Notes: generated by a model not told the origin, from the letters alone. A stretch of DNA of 64,000 nt from Candidatus Binatia bacterium (GCA_963664015.2 CAXXLF010000002.1:800001-864000), one strand, 5' to 3'. Positions 29,224-39,611 are shown, counted from the stretch's first letter. Numbers and translations: made by a program.

Positions 29224-30873
29224 TCAGCTCCCCGGCTTTTTATCGGTGCCGGACTTAGACTCTTTTCCTTTAGCTTCAACCTCGGTCGGATTGCCCGGCT
29301 CGAAACCGCCGGTTTCGTGATAAACAACCTTCGACTCCTCCTCATAGGCCGCAACTGTCGGAATCTCACCCGGCAGACCCAACTCGCGCCAGCGGGAGGC
29401 AACCTTATCGTAGGTCTCCTTGCGGAGTTTGGTTCGTTTGGAAAAAACCGGTAGGTAGCGGTGTTCCATACAAGCATTGATCAGGGCCTTTGAACCGTAC
29501 GGCCGTTCCTCCGGTGGGTTCTGGGTTGGATCGAGCCAGGTGCTCCATGTGTTCTTGAGGATATCTATGTCCTCCACCGGGTTGCAGCGACTGCTCATGG
29601 CCCAGATGACTTGATTGATGTCGGAAGCCTCGATGTCCTCGTCGACGGCAATGATCCACTTGGTATAATAAGCGCCCCCTGGAACCTGAGCTGCCAAGGC
29701 CAGCGTCTGGGCCGCATGGCCTGCATAGCGCTGCTCGAGGCTAATGACCGTCATCCCGAATCCTCCGGTCGCAGCCGGGTGGGCATAAACTCCACGGATA
29801 CCCGGTATACCGAGCTTATCGAGATCCTCCCAAATACGGGCTGAGCGAATGACGCTGAAGAAGCCGCTTTGCTCGCAAGAGGGATAGTCCGCCATCAGGG
29901 CATTGGTCATAATTGGATTGGAACGATAGTGAACCGCCGTCACATCGATCAGGGGACAGCCGGCCTCAGGCCGGCCGTAGTAACCGGTAAACTCGCCAAA
30001 GGGTCCTTCCGTCTTGATTGATTGGGGGCGGATAACACCTTCGATAACCAGTTCCGCATTGGCCGGCAGTAACAGATCGCACGTGGTGGCCTTCACTACC
30101 GGGATGGGTTGCCCCTTCACTCCACCGGCAAACTCGTACTCGGAAACGTTTTTTGGGAAGGTCTGAGAACCTATGATCATAAACAGCGGATCTATGCCCC
30201 AAGCGGCGGCAACGTGGATGGACTCTCCCTTTTGCCAGGCACGTGTAATATGGAGACGGGCGTCCTTGCCCGGCGAGAGATAGAGGCCAACCTGACGATC
30301 GCCTTGCAACATCATCCGGTACGTTCCAATGTTTATATAGCCCGAATCCGGATCACGGGTGAATACGGCATCTGCTGTTCCAGCATAGCGTCCACCATCC
30401 AGTGGCCAATGTTTTGGAACGGGCAACTGGCTCAAGTCCACCTGAGAACCGGTCCAGTTATTTTCAAAAAGAGGTGCCTCACTCTGGGGCACCTCTCTGG
30501 GTGGAATTCGTCGTTTCAGCTTTTCCTTGGCTCGCTGAATCAATTCCAGCGTTGAGGTATCGGGAGGTTCTTCCAGCGTCAAAGCGACCCGCCTCATGCT
30601 GGGCCCAAGGATATTCCAGAGTAGCTGGGCCCCAACGGGGCTCTTTTCATAGCCCTTCACCCGGTCGAATAGGATTGCCGGCGACGGGTCTTGTTTGGCA
30701 ACCAGATATCCGATGGTACTCATCTCCTCGTCCCAGTTGACCACTTGATTGATCCGCAGCAACTCGCCGAGTTCCTCGACACGTTGGAGCCACTGGCGCA
30801 GGTCCTGGATCGGCTCCTTTCCCTCTGTGCTGGCCTCTTTTAATTCGGCGGAACGCTTTTCAACTTTCGCCAT
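29224..30873 (-). CDS. UbiD family prFMN-dependent (de)carboxylase, substrate unknown
   Basis: DLRQWL..GEL, N.GTYR, EGPFGEFTGYY, VDEDI...V.WAMSSR. Confidence 0.9.
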   Translation of the reverse strand: MAKVEKRSAELKEASTEGKEPIQDLRQWLQRVEELGELLRINQVVNWDEEMSTIGYLVAKQDPSPAILFDRVKGYEKSPVGAQLLWNILGPSMRRVALTLEEPPDTSTLELIQRAKEKLKRRIPPREVPQSEAPLFENNWTGSQVDLSQLPVPKHWPLDGGRYAGTADAVFTRDPDSGYINIGTYRMMLQGDRQVGLYLSPGKDARLHITRAWQKGESIHVAAAWGIDPLFMIIGSQTFPKNVSEYEFAGGVKGQPIPVVKATTCDLLLPANAELVIEGVIRPQSIKTEGPFGEFTGYYGRPEAGCPLIDVTAVHYRSNPIMTNALMADYPSCEQSGFFSVIRSARIWEDLDKLGIPGIRGVYAHPAATGGFGMTVISLEQRYAGHAAQTLALAAQVPGGAYYTKWIIAVDEDIEASDINQVIWAMSSRCNPVEDIDILKNTWSTWLDPTQNPPEERPYGSKALINACMEHRYLPVFSKRTKLRKETYDKVASRWRELGLPGEIPTVAAYEEESKVVYHETGGFEPGNPTEVEAKGKESKSGTDKKPGS

Positions 30874-30885
30874 GGGAACCCTCCT

Positions 30886-31629
30886 TCATGAAACCCGCTT
30901 CCTGGCCGCGATGAGAGACGCAAAATAGTCAAAGGCATGGTAAGACCTGTAAATCATATTTTCCTTCATATCGTCAATATCCTTCGATGGCATAATCACT
31001 GGATTCCCTACCGAGCTGGCAACCCACTGCATATGGGCCGCCCGTTCCAGGTAGATGGCGTGGACAGTAGAATACTCTACGCTCTCTCCTACCACAACTA
31101 TCCCATGCCCCTGTAGCAACATCGCCATTCTGTCACCCAGTGTCTGGCAGATCTCAAGTCCGTCCTGAACCGTGTGAATCAAGCGGGGACTTTTGAAGAT
31201 GGGCGTTTCGGGTGCAAAAGCCGCAGCCTGGTTGTAAATGGGCTTGATCGGCACGCCTGCTACGGAAAACGCGGTAGCGAGAGGCTGGTGCGTGTGAACC
31301 ACCGAATTGACGTCGGGCCGGGCCTCATAAATCGAGGCGTGAATCATACTCTCACGAGGAGGATTTTTTAACCTGACAACCTCGCGCTTATTCCCCGCCT
31401 TGGCGTAGTTCTCTTCACAACTGGCCTTGTACTCATCGATATCCACTACCATAATATCGCGGCTGGAAACTCTTCCTAAAGGTGCGAGCACGGGTTTGAT
31501 AAGAAATTGACGGGTCCCGGGGATACGGGCGCTCACATGGCCATGATAGTCGGCAAGGCCCTGGTGAAACATGATTTGATTGCCCAAGGCTACCTTCTTT
31601 TTGAGTTCTGAGAGTTGTTTGGGGGTCAA
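30886..31629 (-). CDS. Class II aldolase/adducin family protein
   Basis: GHVSAR, E..IH..IY.ARPDV.SVVHTH, LLQGHG. Confidence 0.85.
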   Translation of the reverse strand: MTPKQLSELKKKVALGNQIMFHQGLADYHGHVSARIPGTRQFLIKPVLAPLGRVSSRDIMVVDIDEYKASCEENYAKAGNKREVVRLKNPPRESMIHASIYEARPDVNSVVHTHQPLATAFSVAGVPIKPIYNQAAAFAPETPIFKSPRLIHTVQDGLEICQTLGDRMAMLLQGHGIVVVGESVEYSTVHAIYLERAAHMQWVASSVGNPVIMPSKDIDDMKENMIYRSYHAFDYFASLIAARKRVS

Positions 31630-31871
31630 ATTATTCCTCTTTCTCTCGCTTGCTCTGGCTTAATTCGGGGGTTCAATGGGAGTCACATCAAGCAAGAAAA
31701 AATTGTTCACTTTTCATAGCACAGATTGGGGAGCAGCTGGAAGGATGCATAAGTTTCTATATTGTTTTCAGCTACTTAGGTGGGTTGATTGACTCCCCGT
31801 TGCTTTGCTGAGTTTTCCATTCTAGACCGTTTGTGGTAAAAATTTTCCTGTCTTGATTGGAGAAGGTGAAA

Positions 31872-32242
31872 ATGCGTGCGGTATTACCACCAGTGAAAGA
31901 ACGACGTTTGGTAGATCGCCAACTTACAGCCTTTTTTCGGGAATATAAACCATCCGATTTTACCATTCCAGGATGCCCCATATTGAGTGGTTCGAGTATA
32001 TCGAGTAGGGCAAGACTGCAGGAAAAACCTACGAAAATGGCAAGATCCATCTGGTGCATCCAGAGAACTGGAAACGCGGACGAAAGTACAACTCGGAGAG
32101 AAAGTGGGTCAATACCGTTTACCATGAATTAGCCCACTACTTTTTTTGGGCTGATGCTGAGACGAAGGCCGACTCCTTTGCCCTGCGCATGGTGAGGGGC
32201 TTGAATAATAATCATAAAAATCATAAAAATAACGGCAGATAG
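31872..32242 (+). pseudogene. Small HExxH (zincin-like) protein, frameshift/deletion plus in-frame TAG
   Basis: MRAVLPP...FFREYKPSDF, then in a shifted frame IEWFEYIE*GKTAGKTYENGKIHLVHPENW...VYHELAHY. Confidence 0.55.
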
Positions 32243-32294
32243 ATTCTTTCCTTAATGGATTCTCTTCCTTGTGCCCCCCTTGATCTGACCTTCT

Positions 32295-35195
32295 ATGGAA
32301 TATAAAGAAACCCTCAACCTCCCCAAAACGCGCTTCCCCATGCGCGCCAACCTTCCCCAGAATGAGCCCCACCAGGTCGAAAAATGGCTGCGGGACGATG
32401 TCTACTCAAAGATGATTCAGGGTCACAAGGGAAGCAAAAAGTATATCCTTCACGACGGCCCTCCTTACGCAAACGGTCATATTCATCTCGGCCATGCCCT
32501 TAACAAGATCCTCAAGGACATGATCGTTAAGTACAAGAACATGACCGGGTTTTATTCCCCCTACGTCCCCGGTTGGGACTGTCATGGCCTGCCCATCGAA
32601 CTGCAGGTTGAGAAAAACATCGGTCGCGCAAAGAAGCAAGCCATGAGCAAGGCGGAGATTCGAAAGCTCTGCAAAGAATACGCGGAGAAATTCATCTCAA
32701 TTCAGCGCGAGGAGTTCAAAAGGCTGGGGATCCTGGGAGACTGGGACCATCCGTACCGGACCATCGACTATCAATACGAAGCAGCAGAGATCAAAGAACT
32801 GGGAAAGTTCATCTCGAGCGGCTCCCTCTTCCGGCAAAAAAAACCCGTCTACTGGTGCCCCTCCTGCGTAACGGCCCTGGCCGAGGCCGAGGTAGAGTAT
32901 GAAGACCTTGTTTCTTTGTCGATCTACGTCAAGTTTCCCGTAAAGGACTCCAAGGGGAAATTCCCTCTGGATAGTAACAAGCCGGTATTTTTTGTCATCT
33001 GGACCACGACACCCTGGACCTTACCTGCCAACCAGGCCATCGCGGTCCATCCTGAGATGCGCTACGCCATGGTAACGACAGCGGCCGGTAATTTGATAAT
33101 GGCCCAAGAGCTGCTTCCCGCATTAATGAAGGTCTTCGGTTTCGAGGAGTCCGACATCACGATCGCAACCCAGACCTGGACGGGGCAAGACCTGGAAGGC
33201 GTCGGATGCACCCACCCATGGCTAGACCGCGAAGCCCAGGTCATACTGGGCGATTTCGTGACCCAGGATCAGGGAACAGGGTGCGTCCATATTGCAACCG
33301 GCCATGGGCAGGAAGACTACGAAGCCGGGCAGCGATACGGACTCGACGTATACGCTCCCGTCGGCCCCGATGGCCGCTTCACACAGGAGGCGGGAGACCT
33401 TGCCGGAGAGTCGGTTTTCAAAGCGGACCGGCTCATCATCGACAAGCTTCAAGCCAAACAGGCCTTGCTGAAGGAAGAGCCCCTGTCCCACAGCTATCCC
33501 CACTGCTGGCGCTGCAAGAGACCGGTCATCTTCAGAGCCACCGAGCAGTGGTTCATCTCCATGAAAGAAAACAACCTGCGCCGCCTCGCCCTCACAGCGG
33601 TGGACCAGGTTAAATGGATCCCCCCCTGGGGACGCGAGCGCATACGCGGCATGTTGGAGAGCCGGCCCGACTGGTGCATCTCCCGGCAACGTTGCTGGGG
33701 GGTTCCTATCCCGGTCCTGTACTGCGAAAAGTGCCAGAATTCACTCCTCACCCAGGCCCTTTGTGATCACGTGTCCTCGATCTTTGCCCAGGAAGGGTCT
33801 GATGCCTGGTTTCTTCGTACCCCAAATGAGTTGGTTCCTGACCATCTCCAATGCAGCAACTGTGGAGGGAAGGAATTCTATAAGGAAGAGGACATTCTCG
33901 ATGTCTGGTTCGATTCTGGGGTGAGCCATGCGGCGGTGGTAGAACGTTATCCGGAACTCGGAGGCACCGCCGATCTCTACCTGGAAGGTAGCGATCAGCA
34001 CCGGGGGTGGTTCCATACGTCCTTGCTGACATCCGTCGGCACCCGAGGCCACGCTCCCTATAGGAACGTTCTTACCCACGGATTTACACTGGACGGGTCT
34101 GGCCGTAAGATGTCCAAATCCCTAGGCAACGTGATTGCTCCCCAGGACATTATCAAGAGTTCCGGTGCCGAGATTATCAGACTATGGACCGCCGCTGAGG
34201 ATTACCGAGACGACGTTCGAATATCCAAGGAGATTTTGAACCGCCTGGTTGAGGCATACCGCAAGCTGCGAAACACGGCCCGTTTTCTATTGGGGAACCT
34301 ATACGACTTCAAACCCGAATCCGACAGGCTCCCACTCCGGGATCTCGAGGAACTGGACCGCTGGATCCTACACCGCACTTACGGCCTGCTCAACCGGTGC
34401 CGCCAGGCCTACGAGGATTTCGAGTTCCACATCGTTTACCATTCGCTCAACAATTTTTGCAGCGTGGACCTAAGCGCCCGCTACCTGGATATCACGAAAG
34501 ACCGACTCTACTGCAGTGGAGCTACGTCACGGGAGAGGCGTTCGGCCCAGACGGCTGTCTATCAAATCCTCGACGTCCTGGTCCACCTCATGGCTCCCAT
34601 CCTCTCCTTCACCGCGGAGGAGATTTGGGAGCAGATGCCCAAAAAGAGCGATACAGGCGATAGCGTATTCATGAGTCAATTCCCCGCTTTGAATAAGGAC
34701 CAGCTTGACGAGAAACTGGGTAGCAAATGGGATGAGATATTCAACATTCGGGGCGAGATACTCAAGGCCCTCGAAGCCACCCGCAACAACGGTACCATTG
34801 GCCACTCCCTGGATGCCAGGGTCACCCTCTACCCTAGCCTCTACGGGGAAGAGACAGCCCGGTATATCAAAGATAAAGGGATTCCATGGGATGACGTGGC
34901 CATTGTCTCTCAAGTCGAGATTGGCAAAGCGGAAAAGTCATGGTCGACGGAAGACGCCCCAAAGGTCGAACAAGGTAGTTCGGAGCCTGTGGGCCCGCCA
35001 GACGACACGGGAGTCCACAACACCGCCGTTCGATATTATAGCCCGGTCCTGGGCGGGCGCATTGAGGTCTCCAAGGCCCAAGGGCCAAAATGCGAGCGAT
35101 GCTGGAAATATACGAAAGAGGTCGGTAAAGACTCCCGTCACCCGGCAACCTGTGCCCGTTGTTCGGAGGTCCTACGGTCGGGAATATCCACTTGA
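32295..35195 (+). CDS. ileS: Isoleucine--tRNA ligase (type 1)
   Basis: DGPPYANG.IHLGH, GWDCHGLP, WCISRQR, KMSKS, C-terminal CERCW..CARC zinc finger. Confidence 0.97.
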   Translation: MEYKETLNLPKTRFPMRANLPQNEPHQVEKWLRDDVYSKMIQGHKGSKKYILHDGPPYANGHIHLGHALNKILKDMIVKYKNMTGFYSPYVPGWDCHGLPIELQVEKNIGRAKKQAMSKAEIRKLCKEYAEKFISIQREEFKRLGILGDWDHPYRTIDYQYEAAEIKELGKFISSGSLFRQKKPVYWCPSCVTALAEAEVEYEDLVSLSIYVKFPVKDSKGKFPLDSNKPVFFVIWTTTPWTLPANQAIAVHPEMRYAMVTTAAGNLIMAQELLPALMKVFGFEESDITIATQTWTGQDLEGVGCTHPWLDREAQVILGDFVTQDQGTGCVHIATGHGQEDYEAGQRYGLDVYAPVGPDGRFTQEAGDLAGESVFKADRLIIDKLQAKQALLKEEPLSHSYPHCWRCKRPVIFRATEQWFISMKENNLRRLALTAVDQVKWIPPWGRERIRGMLESRPDWCISRQRCWGVPIPVLYCEKCQNSLLTQALCDHVSSIFAQEGSDAWFLRTPNELVPDHLQCSNCGGKEFYKEEDILDVWFDSGVSHAAVVERYPELGGTADLYLEGSDQHRGWFHTSLLTSVGTRGHAPYRNVLTHGFTLDGSGRKMSKSLGNVIAPQDIIKSSGAEIIRLWTAAEDYRDDVRISKEILNRLVEAYRKLRNTARFLLGNLYDFKPESDRLPLRDLEELDRWILHRTYGLLNRCRQAYEDFEFHIVYHSLNNFCSVDLSARYLDITKDRLYCSGATSRERRSAQTAVYQILDVLVHLMAPILSFTAEEIWEQMPKKSDTGDSVFMSQFPALNKDQLDEKLGSKWDEIFNIRGEILKALEATRNNGTIGHSLDARVTLYPSLYGEETARYIKDKGIPWDDVAIVSQVEIGKAEKSWSTEDAPKVEQGSSEPVGPPDDTGVHNTAVRYYSPVLGGRIEVSKAQGPKCERCWKYTKEVGKDSRHPATCARCSEVLRSGIST

Positions 35196-35692
35196 CCCCT
35201 AAAAGTAAGTTCGTCGGGTTTCTGGTACTCGGGATCGTTCTCCTGGATCAATGCGCAAAGTATGTGGTCGCGTCGGCCATCCCGCTAAACACCTCCATCC
35301 CTGTCATCGAGAATCTCTTCAACCTGGTCCACATCCGTAATCCGGGAGCTGCCTTTGGGTTCCTTGCAGGTAGTCGAGGCTTTATACGCTTGACGTTTCT
35401 CGTCTTGTTTTCCCTTGCCGCTATGGCTTTTATTGTCACCCTGATCAGACGGTTGGCCGAAAAGGAAACGTCCTTGATCCTGTCTCTTGCCTTTATCCTC
35501 GGCGGGGCCTTGGGCAACCTGATCGACCGGGTCATCTATGGTGAGGTTGTTGACTTCCTGGACTTCTACTGGTCCGGTTACCATTGGCCTGCCTTCAACG
35601 TGGCGGACAGCTTTATCACCGTTGGGGTGTTGTTGACCCTGGCACGCTTGATGGGAACAAAAGGGAACGACCCCTTTGCCCAGCCTAATTGA
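35192..35692 (+). CDS. lspA: Lipoprotein signal peptidase
   Basis: DQ..K, NPGAAFG, GGALGNLIDR, VVDF.D, PAFNVADS; TTG start overlaps the ileS stop. Confidence 0.95.
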   Translation: MTPKSKFVGFLVLGIVLLDQCAKYVVASAIPLNTSIPVIENLFNLVHIRNPGAAFGFLAGSRGFIRLTFLVLFSLAAMAFIVTLIRRLAEKETSLILSLAFILGGALGNLIDRVIYGEVVDFLDFYWSGYHWPAFNVADSFITVGVLLTLARLMGTKGNDPFAQPN

Positions 35693-35772
35693 CCATCGCG
35701 CATTTTTACACCGCTAACGACAATACGGCAGGAGGAGTCATTACCTTATCATCCATTATGGCAGGTCCACCG

Positions 35773-36534
35773 ATGAGGTTACAAAACAAAATATGTATGA
35801 TTACGGGTGCCGGCCACGGGATCGGGAAAGCCTACGCCCGGAGATTTGCCCAAGAAGGCGCGCAGGTGGTCATCGCTGAAATCGATCATCCGGCAGGAGA
35901 ATCGGCAGCCGCTGCACTGGGTGAGATAGGGATTGCTGGCTGGGCACGGGCCACAGACGTCACAAACTATCAGAGCGTGGAAGGCCTAGTGGGGGAGACC
36001 CTGGACCGGTTCGGCAAGATCGATGTGCTGGTCAACAATGCGGCCATCTACGTAACTGAGCGACTCTGGAAGGGCCCGGTCGAAGAACTTGCGATTGAGG
36101 AATGGGATAGAGTCCTGGAGGTCAATCTCAAGGGGGTTTTTCTGTGCTGTCGCGCGGTCATCCCGGTCATGAAACGGCAGAAGAGCGGCAAGATTATTAA
36201 CATCGCCTCAGGCACCTTCTTCGGCGGCTCTGGGAATATGCCCCACTACACGGCGTCCAAGGGCGGAGTCGTCGCGCTAACACGGGTAATGGCGCGACCA
36301 CTAGGCCCATGGGGTATCAATGTAAACAGCATGACCCCGGGATCGACAATGAGCGAAGAGACAGTCACGGATGCCGTACGCCAGCAACGCGAGTCGAGCG
36401 CCCGTGACCGGGCCTTTAGCCGCGTCGAACTTCCCGAGGACATCACCGGCACCGCGCTTTTCCTCGCAAGTTCGGATAGCGACTTCATGACCGGGCAGCT
36501 GATCGTGGTAGACGGCGGCAGTAACATGCATTAA
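35773..36534 (+). CDS. Short-chain dehydrogenase/reductase (SDR)
   Basis: TGAGHGIG, NNAA, YTASK, MTGQ...VDGG. Confidence 0.92.
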   Translation: MRLQNKICMITGAGHGIGKAYARRFAQEGAQVVIAEIDHPAGESAAAALGEIGIAGWARATDVTNYQSVEGLVGETLDRFGKIDVLVNNAAIYVTERLWKGPVEELAIEEWDRVLEVNLKGVFLCCRAVIPVMKRQKSGKIINIASGTFFGGSGNMPHYTASKGGVVALTRVMARPLGPWGINVNSMTPGSTMSEETVTDAVRQQRESSARDRAFSRVELPEDITGTALFLASSDSDFMTGQLIVVDGGSNMH

Positions 36535-36801
36535 CCTACGCTCCACCACCCGCAGTAGAACAGGCCAAATCACAGGACCCGTCCACCTCAAGGCGCAGGC
36601 CTAAACTGAATGAGATTATGCCACCCTCCTGTTTGACAAACATGCCTAACAGGCGGAAAATTTTACGAAATGCGCATTATTAACAACACCCCCAGGCCAA
36701 TAGAATGAAAATACCAGCAGCTTTTGCCGTATCAGACCGTTCTGCTCACTTAACCTGATAGATTTAGGCATTATTGCGTATGGATGTGAACTGGAAGTGG
36801 A

Positions 36802-37002
36802 GTGCTCAGGGACAAACCGGCCGGCCTAGTCGGAATCGTGATGGTGTCTATGGGAGGGTTGCTGGTTTTGGATCGGCACAACACCGTAGGGGTTATTGGG
36901 TCTGATCCCTTGGGACATGCTGGGACTGCAATGGTGGCGTTAGGAGTACTGTTTCTACTTGTAGCTATACGTGGACGGATTATTAGACCTAGATTTGGAT
37001 GA
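36802..37002 (+). CDS. Small hypothetical membrane protein
   Basis: Two hydrophobic segments only; no family motif. Confidence 0.3.
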   Translation: MLRDKPAGLVGIVMVSMGGLLVLDRHNTVGVIGSDPLGHAGTAMVALGVLFLLVAIRGRIIRPRFG

Positions 37003-37030
37003 AACCATGACCGGCCGGGAGGGATAGGTG

Positions 37031-37510
37031 TTAGAACATTCCGGGGAGCCAACGCTTTACCCGGGCCCGATACTCGGCATAGGGCTGTCCAAAGAGATCA
37101 ACCAACCGCTTCTCGTCATCCAGAACTTTAGAATGGGTCATGGCCGCGACAACAATTGTTAGAACCCCTACCGCAAGCGAAGTGAACGTCAGAGCAAGAC
37201 CCGTGAGAAAAACAATCTGTCCAAGGTAAATGGGATTGCGTGTCCAGGCGTAAAACCCGCTGGTCACGAGACGGTCGGGCGGGCTTTCGGACCCGGACCG
37301 TCCTCCACCCTGCTTCCTTCGGTAGTTACTGCACAAACGATACTGCAAATAGCCCCACAGCATTATGGGGAGAAGTAGCGGTTGGATATCCAGCCGGTCC
37401 TTGTTTAGAGCAAACTCCCAGAGGATCACCAGTACGGGGTAAACGAGAAAGGTCCGAGATGGGGAGGAGCGGACCAACTTGAGGGTTCGATCTTTGAACG
37501 ACGCCATCAA
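37031..37510 (-). CDS. Isoprenylcysteine carboxyl methyltransferase / PEMT family membrane protein
   Basis: LVTSGFYAWTRNPIYLG, DE..L...FG..Y.EY..RV.RW. Confidence 0.85.
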   Translation of the reverse strand: MMASFKDRTLKLVRSSPSRTFLVYPVLVILWEFALNKDRLDIQPLLLPIMLWGYLQYRLCSNYRRKQGGGRSGSESPPDRLVTSGFYAWTRNPIYLGQIVFLTGLALTFTSLAVGVLTIVVAAMTHSKVLDDEKRLVDLFGQPYAEYRARVKRWLPGMF

Positions 37511-37631
37511 TCAACAAGAATAACAAAAGGCTCAGGAGTAGTTTAGCGTATCTGACCGTTGACGCAACCGCCGAGCCGCGCCGGCAATGCACGAACCATA
37601 GTCTGCACACCAAAGCGCCTTTGAATGCGCG

Positions 37632-37727
37632 GGGCAACATAGCATTCGTGTCAATGATCAGTTCCGAGTGGGTTTTCGTTGGACGGACACCGGCGCCGAA
37701 GATGTCGAGATCGTGGATGATCACTAA
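37632..37727 (+). pseudogene. higB: C-terminal remnant of a HigB toxin
   Basis: GQHSIRVNDQFRVGFRWTDTGAEDVEIVDDH* directly upstream of higA; N-terminus absent. Confidence 0.75.
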
Positions 37728-37733
37728 CGGAGG

Positions 37734-38054
37734 ATGAAAATGCGTAAGCTCAAACCTGTAACACCCGGCGAACTCTTGCTGGAAGAATTTCTGAAACCGA
37801 TGGGGATCAGCCAGTACCGACTAGCAAAGGAGATCGGCGTGCCGGCACAGCGTATCGGCAAAATCATAGCTGGCAAACGCTCTATTACTGCTGACACGGA
37901 CTTACGTCTATGCCGGTTTTTCGGTCTCTCCAACAACTACTGGCTGCGTGCCCAGGCATCCCATGACACGGAAGTCGCGGAACGCGCTTTAGGTGCCACG
38001 CTGACAAGAATCAAACCTTGGCCACACACCGATTCTAAGGAATCTGGGTCTTGA
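37734..38054 (+). CDS. higA: HigA (VapI) family antitoxin
   Basis: PVTPGE.LLEEFLKPMGISQYRLAK.IGV, R.ITADTDLRLCRFFG. Confidence 0.9.
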   Translation: MKMRKLKPVTPGELLLEEFLKPMGISQYRLAKEIGVPAQRIGKIIAGKRSITADTDLRLCRFFGLSNNYWLRAQASHDTEVAERALGATLTRIKPWPHTDSKESGS

Positions 38055-38241
38055 CCCACGCAGGAACACGGACCTTTTGCAAGCCGACCTTGCCCACCCG
38101 CTCTGGGCCGATTTCGCGTCCCCTTTGAGTCTAGATCCGAATTAAATTCTCTTTTAAACAAATCCTTATTTTAACGGCCTGTTCAGTCGGGCAAACATTC
38201 TATTTTTCTAGCTCTTCGTTGCAGCGTAGGCTAGACATTTC

Positions 38242-38718
38242 TCAAAACAGCCCTGGCAGCCATCGCTTCACTCGGTCCTTATACTCAAGATATTCCGGGC
38301 CCAAGAGTTTGGCCAGACGTTTCTCGTCATCAACGACCCGGCGATGAAACCAGACCGCCGTCGCAATGGTGATAAGACCGGCGAGGAGCGACTTGAAGGT
38401 CAGGCTCAACCCGATGAGAAAGATGACGTGTCCCAGGTACATGGGATTACGCGTCCAGGCGTAGAGACCAGTAGCCACTAGATGCTCGGGTGGCCGGCCT
38501 ACCCCGGGCCCTCCCCCGCCACGACGCATCCTGTAAACCCCGCACAAGCGGTACTGCAAGTAACCCCAGACCATGAAGAGAAGAAAGGGCGGCTGGACAT
38601 GAAACCTTCCCTGGGTTAAAAGTAACTCCCAGGTTAGAACCAGAACCGGGTAAAGGATAAAGCTCCGGCCAGGGGTCTGCCGTACCAGTTGAACTGTGCG
38701 ATTCTTGATCGATGCCAT
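38242..38718 (-). CDS. Isoprenylcysteine carboxyl methyltransferase / PEMT family protein (paralog of 37031-37510)
   Basis: LVATGLYAWTRNPMYLG; co-linear similarity with 37031-37510. Confidence 0.85.
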   Translation of the reverse strand: MASIKNRTVQLVRQTPGRSFILYPVLVLTWELLLTQGRFHVQPPFLLFMVWGYLQYRLCGVYRMRRGGGGPGVGRPPEHLVATGLYAWTRNPMYLGHVIFLIGLSLTFKSLLAGLITIATAVWFHRRVVDDEKRLAKLLGPEYLEYKDRVKRWLPGLF

Positions 38719-38797
38719 CAGAGCGTGCGGATAAGTCCTCACAGAAACCTTAACCTTCGCGATAAAGCCAGGTCAAGTCATCGGTAAAGGTTCTTAA

Positions 38798-39220
38798 ATG
38801 AAAATGTTTTTTATGAAGAGATCTGTCTCGGTATTGGTATTGCTTTTTTCGATCTCGGCGTTGGCCGTCGGTGGCTGTAGCCGCGGCCTGACAACAGCAC
38901 GGGGAGTTGTAAAGGAATTCCTCGATCATCACTATGTTCACATCGACCTGGAAAAGGCACAGCAATACTGCGTCGGGCTAGCCCTCCACAAGGTCAAGGA
39001 GGAGATTCGCTTGACCCACGGATACGCCATCGACGCCTCGACACGGAAGCCCAAGATCTACTATCAGCTCTTGGAGGAGAAGGTGACAACCGCGCGCGCA
39101 TCATTTCTCTACCAAGCAACCATACAAGCGGAAGACGCCCCCGAATTCACGCGCCGCTGGCTGATTGGAGCGAGGAAAGAGAATGAGCAGTGGCGCATCT
39201 CCAACTTCAAAGAATACTAA
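38798..39220 (+). CDS. Hypothetical lipoprotein
   Basis: Signal peptide with VGGC lipobox; WRISNF C-terminus reminiscent of NTF2-like folds. Confidence 0.6.
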   Translation: MKMFFMKRSVSVLVLLFSISALAVGGCSRGLTTARGVVKEFLDHHYVHIDLEKAQQYCVGLALHKVKEEIRLTHGYAIDASTRKPKIYYQLLEEKVTTARASFLYQATIQAEDAPEFTRRWLIGARKENEQWRISNFKEY

Positions 39221-39271
39221 CCAAACAGCATCAAAAGCTATTAACCGCAGATTTACGTAGATGGACGTCAA

Positions 39272-39513
39272 AGGCAAGGCGCAAAGGGCAGAGCGTAAAG
39301 CGTAAGAAGAAAGCAAGCAGAACGCAGCAGCCATTTGGCAGCATGCAGGAAAGACAGTGTTAAGTGGAAAAGCTGTCAGCGATCAGTCTTAAGCTCTGAA
39401 ATCTCTTGCTGCCAGCTGCTTACTGTTTTTCTAAATTCTGTAGTCCGTAGTCCCGTAGTCGGTAGTCAGTGGTCCCGAATCCGCAAGACCGCTACGCCCT
39501 TTGCGCCATGCGC
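39272..39513. repeat. Non-coding element with terminal inverted repeats and heptamer-like tandem repeats
   Basis: GGCGCAAAGGGC near 39277 and GCCCTTTGCGCC near 39496; internal GTCCGTA-GTCCCGTA-GTCGGTA-GTCAGTG series. Confidence 0.55.
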
Positions 39514-39611
39514 TTAGCGATTTAGCCTCTGCGGTAATACTCTTAAATCGATTTCTTTATGAGTCCATCGGCGGAAGTATGCTGTTAAGTTATTAGAGAA
39601 AACTGGAATGC

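Noticed and set aside
37326-37724. 132-aa minus-strand ORF (MIIHDLDIFG...)
   Set aside because: Antisense reading of the higB remnant running into the methyltransferase gene
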